Source of the DNA: Octopus sinensis
Taxonomy: Eukaryota
Assembly (NCBI RefSeq): GCF_006345805.1
Contig: NC_043008.1
Span: forward strand, 3,286,001 to 3,350,000
Length of the DNA: 64,000 bases
Reading direction: 5' to 3'
Shown: positions 53,111 through 64,000 of the stretch, piece after piece
How the letters are laid out: each line of letters starts with the position of its first letter
How positions within the stretch are numbered: position 1 is the stretch's first letter
Position numbers and translations under genes: made by a program
Notes under the pieces: generated by a model
What the model was told of the DNA's origin: nothing
Seen by the model: the letters and a program-made list of their open reading frames with translations, nothing else
Database searches by the model: none

Positions 53111-53445
53111 GTAAAGACAATGAATAAGGATTGTTTAAGGATGTTGAACGGAACACCTATGTCTCCAGATGTGAATTATTCAAACCCCAAAGAACTCCTC
53201 TCAACACATGGCTATAATGAACCCTACTACTTTTGCTCGTGATCCGAGATGCACATCGGCCACTAAGGGACATGTTCAACTGGTTATGGTGAAGCAACTG
53301 ACAATCAAATCTGTGGTATTGAGCAGAATATTTGCTGTAGACCATCTTTATACCAAGACAAAACAATGTACATGACAACACTTCCAATAATTTAAGATTA
53401 GAAGCCATGAGAGTGAGTGCTTGTTACAGCATCAAAGCATATTAC

Positions 53446-53503
<58 letters not shown>

Positions 53504-53509
53504 TTTATT

Positions 53510-53712
53510 AAGGCGGCGAGTTGGCAGAATCGTTCGCACGCCTGGTGAAATGCTTGGCGGCATTTAATTTGTCGCTGCGTACTTAGTTCAAATTCCGCCG
53601 AGGTTGACATTACATTTCGTCCTTTCGGGGTCGGTACATTGGGGGTCGATGTAATCGACCCACTTATTCCTCCCGAAATTGATGGCCTTGAGCCAAAATT
53701 TGAAACCAATAT
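53510..53712 (+). mobile_element. tRNA-derived SINE, family A, flanked by (ATT)n
   Basis: AAGGCGGCGAGTTGGCAGAATCG...AGTTCAAATTCCGCCGAGG...CCAAAATTTGAAACCAATATTATT, preceded by (ATT)n at 53446-53509. Confidence 0.85.
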
Positions 53713-56700
53713 TATTATCATTATCATTGTTGTTATTATTAATATCATTGTTCTTGTTATTGCTCATGTACCTCCTCAATATTTTTGACTATGAAAGGTG
53801 GGGTTCAAGTTATTTTTTTTTTTATCAAAACTGAAATATCAATATTTTTTATACAATTGGATTCCAAAAGCACTCGCCAAATAGGTCGAAAATGATCTTT
53901 TTTTAGTGAACATTACTTGGCACAATGAAATATAGGTTTTCAACAAATGTAAGCAGAAGCTATGACATTTAAACAATTTCTATATTGTTGCAGATAATTT
54001 AATTTCAAATAATTTCATGCAAGTAGTGATAGAATTTAAGAAGCCTGTAATATTGCGAATACAATTTTGTTAAAACAAATTAAATAATGAGGTCGTCTCG
54101 AAACGAGAGAGAATAATGTCACAGTTATATATATTTGCCTCTGAACGAAAGTGAGAAAGAGAATGAACGTTTGTGTGTGTATGTGTATATAGGCAAACAT
54201 ATATGTATGGCTTATACATATACTATATACATCTAGAACTATACATTATATTCATACATATACATTTATATATATACACATGCATATATATATAAGATAG
54301 ATTATAGATGTTAATAGTGTTGCGACACAGATGTAAATATCTTCCTAGCATCTATTAACTAGATTCCATTATCTTAGCGACAGAGTAAAGAAAACACAAT
54401 TATAAGCGTAAGAAATAAAACGGATGGTAAATCTATGTCGCTGATGATCTGATGTTCAATTATATATTTAAAGAAATACTGATTAATAAAACTCGAGGTA
54501 TTCCAAAAACAATATTCAGCAGTTTATGAGAATCTAGAGATTTCTTGTGCACAATACATTTTTTCATTAGTTCTAGAGCTGAGATTTTTTAACGTCTAGA
54601 AAATTCATTTATGTTGAGATGTAACCGGGTAACCTAATAATCTTTACAAAATACCTTTAAACTGATTAGTAAGCCAGTAATCTATACTTGAAGACGGAGA
54701 TATGGCTCACGTAATGAATTAGAAGAATAGAATCCAGGCAAACTATTCCATTGTTAGAAATTGTAATCATTGTTGAAGTGTAAACAGGGAAGAAGAGATC
54801 ATCATTTCGAATAGAGACCTACTTTGAGGCTGGAGAATATATTCTACTTTCTTTGTCTAAACTTTAACAGAACGTAGCAAAATTTATCTGCTGCTTGTTC
54901 ATGAGAGGGAAATCGTTGAAAAGGAATATGACTGGAGAATGGAGAGACTTTTGAAAAGATTGATATTGAATGTATGTTGAGAAAGTATTTGAACATGAAG
55001 AAGAGGATTACAACGAGAAGGGAGAGGAAGGATAGGTATGTTTCTTGTTTCGGTAACTGGTGATGTTACACAGCTCGTCAATAGCATAATTAGCGTTTAT
55101 ATGTATACAGGGGAGATCAGGCAACAGAGAAGTGCCTGCAGCACATACATACACACACACAAAAAAACATATGTTACAGACACATACACGTACACACACA
55201 CATCTACACAAACACATGTATTTATATGCATACAAACGCACATGCATTCACATATGCCTACATGTAGGGGCAAATGCATAAAGATATTGGAAATTAGGGT
55301 TCGCGTTCCTGTTCATACATATGGACGGACATAGAACTATACATGATTTGGTAGTAACAATATTTCCTAATACTTAAAATCCGCGTACGTACAACTGTGT
55401 ATCTACAATGTCTCTGTATGTGTATTTCTACATATCCATAAATGAACGAACACACACACCCTTGCATATGTCTGTCTAAATATATATACAGATTTGTGTG
55501 TATGTGTACACCTTTGCCTACCTAAGTGTGTTCATCGAAAATAAAGTATTAAATAAGTGATTTATTTTAAAATAATTATGCGTAACGAATATGCAGGTTG
55601 GTAAGGTGGTGTGATGTGATTTGATTAGGATTCTACGTGGCTGGAGTATCATGTTAGCCATACTAAATTCCCGTACTGTTGCCTAGTGGGTCTAAAGGAC
55701 GTTTGTCTTTTTTTCTCTGAGAACATTCTGGGTCTATACACTGGCATGGCTTTAAATATTATTGACGATGGGGAACAGTAGCTGCTTTTTGTAATTTTCT
55801 TGTTTTTGGCAATTCTATTACAACTGTGTTGAACTATTAAAAAAATATTCCAAACGACGAGATAAAAGGTTGTGGAAGATAAATCGTACGAGCGTTTTAA
55901 ACAATGATTCTACAATATGTCGTCATCCAATGATCCAGACAAGAGAAAAACCGCGATGATGAGTAGCCATATATAAAGTTGATAATATCAGCTATAACAT
56001 GAAATAAAGAGTGATCGTGAAGACATAGTCATGTATTAATAGGTACAAGAAGAGCAGGCTTTTCCTAACTGGTAGGGCACACATTCTGTAAAGTATCTCA
56101 TACTATAACAACTACCTCAGCTTCAAAAATGCTCCAACGTGAACAGTTCCATATTATGTAACTGGGGTGACTCACTTCCCGGTCACAGTTTAGCTATGTC
56201 CCATGAATGTAATTTTCTTCAGATTCAGTGACTGTTGGCAATGAGATACGGGTTGTTTGGAAAGGTTTAGGCAAATGCGAGACTGTAACTGCATGAGATT
56301 ACATATAAAGCAAGTTTATGTGAAATAAGGAATTGGACAGCTCTTGGAGAAGGAATACGTATTGAAGTGGTTAAGATTATTGCTTGTTTCTTTAGTATGT
56401 GATTGTAAGTCGTTAATGGAGTGTGGCGACCGTATGTAAACGCACATGGAGAGAAGGTTTTATTGGACTGATATAAGTGGAGAGCATTCATTGACTGTAA
56501 TTGTGCATTAAGGAATGGAAATAAACATGTTGAACATCGTTAAGATAACATTAATGACAGACAGAAAAATTAGAAAATATAATCTTTTGTAGAATTATGG
56601 CAAATTGCTTCGGTTTTCTCCTTTTAGAAGATTGTATAAATTGTAACAGAATGACAGCACGCCTTTGGACATTGAGATATTACAGCAGGTTGGAACTTGG

Positions 56701-56985
56701 GCTAAACGAAAACAAATACGGTAAATGTTGTATGCAAAAATTGAACCATGGATGTACTTCATTAAATTCTATGTGATTTTCTGCTGGTAGAAGAAAAATT
56801 AAAAGTCGGCTGTAGAAGATCGCGAGTCAGAACCTGAAATGAAGTGATGTAACTGAATATCGTTTGCTACTTTGTCCACTGTTCTACCGCTTTTGCTTCT
56901 CTACCAGTCTAATAGATCAAACCATAATCGTTTCGAACATTGGAACATTGCTACACATTTTATAGCCGAGGACCACTACTTAAGT

Positions 56986-57221
56986 CAGTGGTTCTCAAAC
57001 GGGATTCATATAAAGATACGTTTCTAATGTTTATGTGCAGTAAATTGTTTATACTTTTGTAATGCACGAAATATATTAACATATTTTTCTTACGCGATTC
57101 CTAATGATATTTTATTGTAAAAGAATTATGAGATTTTCGGGAACATAGAATGGCTATAAGGGCCAGTAGAATAAATTACGAATCAAAGGGATCGATAGGC
57201 AAAAATGGTTGAGAAGCGCTA
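56986..57221. mobile_element. hAT-type MITE
   Basis: Left TIR CAGTGGTTCTCAAAC, right TIR GGTTGAGAAGCGCTA; 8-bp flanks ACTTAAGT / ACTTAGAT (6/8 match, central TA). Confidence 0.7.
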
Positions 57222-59439
57222 ACTTAGATCAACCAAATATTGGACTGGAACGAAAAACAACTCTAAGCTAGGATTTGAATAAACAACACAAAGTAACATA
57301 AATAAATACCACAACGACTTTTGGCCAAGACTTTACATATTCAGTCATTACACTGTGTTCTCAAGTGAAAACCTCATTAAATATTTTAATGTAACTTTTC
57401 TATTGACTGGAAAATATTTACTTGTCAACAAAATGTGACATCATTTATTACAAATTAGTATAAAACTGAAGATTTTTTCGCTTACATAAGTAGAGGAGTA
57501 TTTTTGTCTCCATTTAATTCTAAGATAATTTATCGGAACTATAATACCTTACATTGATTTAGACATAATATAAAAAAGCTCCATCCAATGTATTCACGCT
57601 TATAAAATCTAGGAATCTGTTCTCGTAAAGGTAGAAATATATCATGATTTATGGGTTTTTTATAATAGTTCAAAATAGTTATGAGAAGATAGGTAACAAT
57701 CTTATCAAGAATGCAGAAACTAGACACGATTATATTTAAAAAAGGTGAATTCATATGTTGCAGATTGACAACTATAAATATATGTGAAATAACGGAAGAG
57801 AGAATTTTAATAAATCAGAAAACAAAAAGAGTAAACAAACAGCAGCATAATTTTAAGTATCATATGTAGTTAATGGGAAATAATGGACACAGGTTAGATC
57901 CCGGTAAACAAACTGTTGGTGAATTCTGGAAGGAAAGGTAGTGCATTTTTGGCAGCGTAATCACTGGGAAGAGCAAAGGCAAAAAATAAAGTAATATATA
58001 TTTGTTTCTCAAAAAAAGGGGGGAAACAAGATAGGCTTCTAGTTAAAGCAACAAGGCGATGAGGTGTGTGTGCACGATGCACAATACATGGAGGGAAAAA
58101 TATGTATAAAAGTACCTTATATTTAATGCTGAGAGAAAATGAGAAATAGACGTGGACGGTATTTGAAACCCGTGCCCACAGGCTGATTCAGTAGTGAAGA
58201 ATGACACGCTAAGATATTTTGGTAGATGACGAGTCTTAGCTGGTCATCACTATTGCGTTACATGATTAAAAACTAGCTTCACTAACAACATTTGAAGTTG
58301 ACATACCTAGAGGGTCTTTCCCAGAATAATACTCCAACGTTGCAACAGAGATGAAATCAAACAGATTGCTTGTAGGAGTTCTGGTTCAACAGATGTAATT
58401 CATTCTACCGAGAAGAGACGTAGAGAAAGGCAAATGCAACGGACAAAAAAATGAACGCAGTGTCTAAAAATGTCATTTCCGATATCATCGTCACAGAACT
58501 GAAAATGCCCAGAGCAGAACAAGATAATGCTGTGTCATCAGTGTCGCGGACAACACGAGAAGACAAAGGCATAAGAAGACAAGAGTTCTCTTCCCTTAGC
58601 TTATGATCCAACAGAAAGTGACGGCAACTAGTGATGTCCCATATGCTATTCAACGAGGAATGGAAAACTTGTGGACAAAGAAAAAAGAGCAGAGAAAAAA
58701 AATCACAAAAAGAAAATAAATAGTTGAGAACAAAAACAAGACGCAAAAAGAAAAAAAACACTAGAACAGCATGTACAGCACAAATTTTCGAATCACGAAA
58801 GCTTATCAGATGGATCTGTTAAATGATCTGAAAGAAAACACGATTGAAGTGTCTAGAGTAGAATGCGATTGACTTCGTCATTTGCCATCACCTCATTCAT
58901 GTACACTTTTCATGTTGGCCTGGATGTGTTGGCCTGGATGTGTTGCCCTGGTCTTTTTCCGCTTGTTGATAAGTTACCGGATTTTATTTGATTGATTTAT
59001 ATTTTAAATATATCTCATAATTTTATGATGTATTTACCCCTCACTGTTCTTGCATGAGTTTGTATATGTGTGTCTATGTATGTTTGTATGCGTGTGTTGC
59101 CACCAGTGGTTGTAGACTTCCATTCTTGTAGCAAGAAACAGAGAATATGTTGTGCTAAATGAATGTACCGATAAAGAAAATATAGTGACACTAATATATA
59201 TTTATTACTATAGAGATTGCTACGTAAACGAATTGTTATATTCCTTGTCAAAATGTCTTGAAATAATTAGTTACATGCTTTTATGCCATGATATAAATGT
59301 CTGTCAAAAAGTTCTGTTTCTTCTGTATTGATAGATGCTATTCCAGTATGGGATCGAAATAAGCCAGTGTAGCTCTCCTCTAAATGTACGATTCATAAAA
59401 TTGATTGAGCAATTATTGAACTTATAACAATTTGCGATA

Positions 59440-60360
59440 TAAAACAGTAGTTCAATCCAACAAATAGTTAGAAGGTAAATCAAAAGCGAAGGAATTCTCT
59501 TGATTGGTAAAATATCCACCCAGCTGAAACGCATCTCAACCGACAAAGGGGGTAAATAAACGAACAATAATAAATCAGGCAATCAAACAGCACAGGATGT
59601 GATTTACATAAAGGGAGACAAACCAGCAGATATTCTCTCGAAGAGTGAAGCATATCGTCGCATGGGAAATCAGTCAATACAATACAATATCCGTTTAATC
59701 CAACAGTATTCACTTACAATGCAGCTAAATCAGCAATAAGGTAGTCAATCCGACAATAATATCCACCATCAAAGAGCCAGGGAGACATCCAAGCAATAAA
59801 CCATTCCATCTAACTGTTACGGATTTCAGATAAGACTAAAGTAGCGACTAATAAGGCAGTTAATCTAAGAATTAAATATATTAACCAACGATAAGGCAGT
59901 AAGCCCAACAAGAGTCAAACCAAGATCGAAGCATGTTACATGTTACTAAGGTCCTCGACTCAAAGATAAGCGTTCAAATGAGACATAAGGCAGTCAACTC
60001 CAGATCTGATAATATCACCCAACCATACTACACCCAAACAAACAAGATGGTAGTCACTCCATCCGTAACGTACACTACTTAACAGTATGGCAACCAACTA
60101 AACAATATGGTAGTGGATATTTATGTGAAAGCTGTTCTACCAGCAGTAAAACAGCCAACGCAACAGTGAATCGTTCCGTCCAATTGCAAAGCAGCCATTC
60201 GATTGTAAGGCAGCCCATTGAGCAATATGGCAATGAATGTATTTCATCCAAGAATATACCGTCATCTGATTCAGTAGATAATGCCATCCAACCAGCGCAT
60301 CCCATCTAACAGTAAGACATACACTCAAACAATACGCGTCACGTTAGACAACATAGTATC
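59440..60360. repeat. Cryptic degenerate minisatellite (~20-bp period, core ATAAGGCAGTCAA)
   Basis: Variants of the core at ~59736, 59851, 59891, 59985, 60045, 60085, 60105, 60205 and 60224; several spacings near multiples of 20. Boundaries approximate. Confidence 0.55.
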
Positions 60361-61699
60361 GCTTCCAAAAGGGGAATGTTTCAGTTAACGATGTGACCTT
60401 CAATACCACCAAAACCCGTTTTGCTACATCGATCATTGCTTTTCCCCGAGAACCGAACATCGATAATCTCTACTTGCCTCGTTAGCTTCAGATAACAAAC
60501 GGAGATTTTGATTTTTTTGCAAAAAGCAAGATACTTCTTTTAATTGAAGTGAATTTGAATAATCAGTGATTCTCTGTTTAATTTCCATCAATCTAATAAT
60601 AAAATGCACTTTACGTAATTAAATTATAATAATTAAGTTAGCTTTCAAATACTTCTCAGTCCTTTCAGGGAATATGGCAAAATAAAGAGACCTGTACGTG
60701 AATGATCAGCCTGCAAGGAACTGGAGTGAATTTCCTGGAAAACCACTTTACAACCGCAAAGGAAGAATGCAGTTCTTGTAGTCCTGTATACACGAACTAT
60801 GCACTGGAATAGTTATGACGGGAATGCTTTGGTCAAAGCTGATCAAAGGCTGACAACTATATCAAAGAAGTGATTGCAAGCCAATGAGAGGGTTTCTATG
60901 TGATCACATCAACTCGTAGGAATGACTGACATTTATGCCTCTAAATCATATCGTAACGTTTTACTAAATAAAGGACACATTGAACGAATTTGTACTAGAC
61001 ATACAAAAGACTAGCGGGTGATGGATGCAACACCGATCGGACCTGAGTTGGACTAAGCAGTAGCGACAAAAAGGAAAGGATGTTTATTTTAATATCATTG
61101 AAAATATATAAATTGCCAAACACAATATATTAATGTATTTGATACAGGTTCGTATTACACCCACAGTGAATGCAATTCTGGAAGAATATAAACTACGTCG
61201 AAGAAATAGTGGTGTCTTTTTTTATTTGAAATAAATATGTAGAATCTAAAATGCAGCATAGAAAACTGGTCATTGTTAAAATATCAACAAGTTATTATAG
61301 CTTTAGAGATTTTTTACTTGTAACTGTTATTCTTTGATAGACGTCTACATGGAATTGAACGTGGTTTTACTCATTGAAGAGTTAGAGAAAGAGAGAGACA
61401 AAGAGACGCAGAGAGTGAGAGTGAGAGAAAGAGAAGATTAGAGAGAGAAATGGGAAAGATATAGAGAAATATGTAGAAGAACTGAGAGACAGAAAGGATG
61501 GGAAAGAGCGAGCGTGAGAAATCGAAGAAAAATAGTAAGATAGAGAAAGGAAGATAGAGACAAGCGAGTAAGTGAGAGAAAAGAGAGAGAGAACGAGAGA
61601 GAGAGAGAGAGAAGCGATAGCGAGAAATAGGGTGAAGTTAAGAATGTGGCACAACATGTACCAATACAAGAACAAACAAATGAGTATTCTTTTTTAATC

Positions 61700-61815
61700 T
61701 AGACACAAGGCCATACATTTTGCGGGAGGGGCCAAGTGGATTAGATCGATCACCCAATTGGTATTCAATTCATTGACCCCGACAGGACAAAAAGCAAAAT
61801 CGACCACGGCGGAAT
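61700..61815 (-). mobile_element. tRNA-derived SINE, family A, 3' half, inverted
   Basis: CTAGACACAAGGCC...GATTAGATCGA...AAAGCAAAATCGACCACGGCGGAATT is the reverse complement of the family A 3' half. Confidence 0.72.
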
Positions 61816-62079
61816 TAAGAAACAAATGAATATTAACAATGCTCGAGATAGTCCTGCTTACCACTACTAATACTAATGTTACTATAACTACTACTACGGT
61901 TAATTATTTCTTTGTCTCCCAAAAACTGATGCGGACAAATAGTGTCATTTGCCTGATGTTCACATGTTGAAATATCATCTTTGAACGGGTGAACATCATT
62001 GTGGCTCAGACTGAGGGAAGGTGCGGAAAGATGCACTTGTACTAACTACAGTCATGGCTCAATATTTTAAACGCAAAAC

Positions 62080-62296
62080 AATGCGGTGAGCTGACAGAAA
62101 CGTTAGAACGCCGGGCGAAATGCGTAGCCGTATTTCGTCTGCTGTGACGTTCTGAGTCCAAATTCCGACGAGGTCGGATTTGTCTTTCATCTCTCCAGGG
62201 TCGGTAAATTACGTACCAGTTGCGTACTGGAGTCGATCTAATTGAGTGGCCCCCTCCTCCCACAAAATTTCGAGTCTTGTGCCTAGAAGAGGAAAT
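62080..62296 (+). mobile_element. tRNA-derived SINE, family A (tandem copy 1)
   Basis: GCGGTGAGCTGACAGAAACGTTAG...TTGTGCCTAGAAGAGG. Confidence 0.82.
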
Positions 62297-62305
62297 AATA
62301 TTTTA

Positions 62306-62512
62306 AAGGCAAAAGAATTAGCACGCCAGTTAAATACTTGGCAGTATTTCATCAGCATGTACGTTCTGACTTCAAATTTCATCGAAGTCGACTTTACATT
62401 TCATCCTTTTGGGATCGATCAAATAACAATCTGTGGCACACCAAAGTTCATGTAATCAACTTAACTTCTCCCCCGAAATCGCTAGTCTTGCGCTAAAATT
62501 TGAGAGTAATAT
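62306..62512 (+). mobile_element. tRNA-derived SINE, family A (tandem copy 2)
   Basis: TTAGCACGCC...ACTTCAAATTTCATCGAAGTCGACTTT...CTAAAATTTGAGAG. Confidence 0.75.
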
Positions 62513-62523
62513 TTTAAAACAAA

Positions 62524-62745
62524 TAAGGTTGCGATCTAATAGAACCGTCAGCACTCCGGTTAGAATGCTTAGCGGCATTTCGTCCCTCTGTACGTTCTCA
62601 GTTTAAATTCTGCCCAGGTCGACTTTACCTTCCATCCTGTCCAGATCGATAAATGTACGTAATAATTGAACACTAACGTCGATATAATCGACATAAGCCC
62701 TCCTCCAAAATAGCTGGCCTTGTACCAAAATTTGAAATCAATATA
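62524..62745 (+). mobile_element. tRNA-derived SINE, family A (tandem copy 3)
   Basis: AGAACCGTCAGCAC...GCTTAGCGGCATTTCG...GCTGGCCTTGTACCAAAATTTGAAATC. Confidence 0.78.
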
Positions 62746-63229
62746 TTAAATGTAAAGACTACTTCTGTAAGATTCCAACATAGAATATTATGCAGTATCC
62801 AAACACCGAAAGTGGTCTTTAGTCCGTGGTGTTTATCGTCTAAACCACGCAAAATGTTTAGTTCCACGTCTGCAATCATCATAAGAGTCGGTTGCTATTT
62901 TGTGTTGAAAGAGATATTGCTTAGAATTTGCTTCGAGCACAACATTGGTTGTAAACGTTTTATGATCACATAATGAAAATCACAATTGTATGAAAAAGAT
63001 CGTATAATTGTGATTTGGAGAGTTTGTTTTGTTTTAGTTTTGTTCGTCCGTCTCTTAAAATATGAAACTTTTTTTTTTTCAACGAGAAATATTACTGATT
63101 GCATTCAGACAACAATTGTGTTTTTACTTTATACAATACAGAAAATGACAGCTGCTAAGCATCAGAGAGTAATTACATAATTATATCATGTATGCCTGTA
63201 TAGCTAAATATACTTACACACACAAATAC

Positions 63230-63257
63230 AAACACACACACACATATATGTGTATGC

Positions 63258-63315
<58 letters not shown>

Positions 63316-63454
63316 GTGTGTATATATATATGTATGTATATATATATATATAGAGAGAGAGAGATAGTTAAATGGATATATAGATATATGTACATATATG
63401 CGTATACAAATATAAGTGTATAGATAGATAGATAGATAGATAGATATATAGATA

Positions 63455-63489
<35 letters not shown>

Positions 63490-63560
63490 AGATATACATA
63501 TACCTGTATGTATATATGTATGTATATATAGGCATTGACAGTTATATGTGTATATGTGTG
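63230..63560. repeat. (AT)/(AG)/(ATAG)/(ATTG) compound microsatellite
   Basis: Directly visible. Confidence 0.92.
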
Positions 63561-64000
63561 TGTGTGGAGAAGAGGAGAGAGAAAGAGAGAGGGAGAGAGA
63601 GGCTGGCAGACGAACGGACAGGCAAAAAGACAGGAAGACATACAGACAGACACGTACGCAAACAGATCAGATTCAGATTTCTACAAGTTCTCTTGTCGAG
63701 AGGGAAACACAGGGGTCTTAATACGAATTTAATTATTCAACGAAGATGTTTTGAGTCATCGAGAAGGAGAAAATAGCAGCCAAGTTAATAAAATAAGCTA
63801 AAATTATGTAGAGTTTATAATGGAGCGTCTTCAAAAGCTAACTCTAAAGGTTGAAACTAACCAACAGTGTGGCGTTACAATCTCAATGACTTACAATTTG
63901 GTGAAGAATTTGGAAGTCTATGAAAGATGATGTAAAATTTAAAAGCGTCTTCTACAAAATGTTTAACTACTCATAACTTTCAGCTGTTTGTTGAAAATGG

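Noticed and set aside
58400-58700. Purine-rich stretch resembling an RTE LINE 3' end
   Set aside because: No conserved WLGH/GRP motifs could be read.
59700-60250. Repeat-spacer appearance suggestive of a CRISPR array
   Set aside because: Repeats are short, highly variable, non-palindromic and irregularly spaced; there are no cas genes and the context is eukaryotic.

Overview
AT-rich, microsatellite-dense eukaryotic DNA. The SINE and LINE families resemble those of Octopus genomes, so a cephalopod origin is inferred, not proven. The window looks intronic or intergenic, and almost all ORFs in the supplied track are (AT)n/(AC)n/(ATT)n/(GAT)n artefacts. The recognisable content is decayed mobile DNA: two tRNA-derived SINE families (about a dozen copies, including inverted pairs and a tandem triplet), two Tx1/L1-type LINE remnants (one with the RT domain, one apparently internally deleted), an R4/Dong-type RT fragment, an RTE-like LINE 3' end encoding C2H2 zinc fingers, Penelope-like fragments (RT piece, near-intact GIY-YIG endonuclease), mariner remnants from two families (one an inverted fold-back), and a hAT MITE. 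The most interesting non-standard signals are four degenerate hammerhead-ribozyme-like motifs of the Penelope type, a run of three adjacent hairpins at 40.3 kb, a cryptic ~20-bp minisatellite at 59.4-60.4 kb, and a CpG-rich exon-like segment at 18.7-18.9 kb that may end an unidentified minus-strand host gene. No host gene, tRNA, rRNA or CRISPR array could be established.
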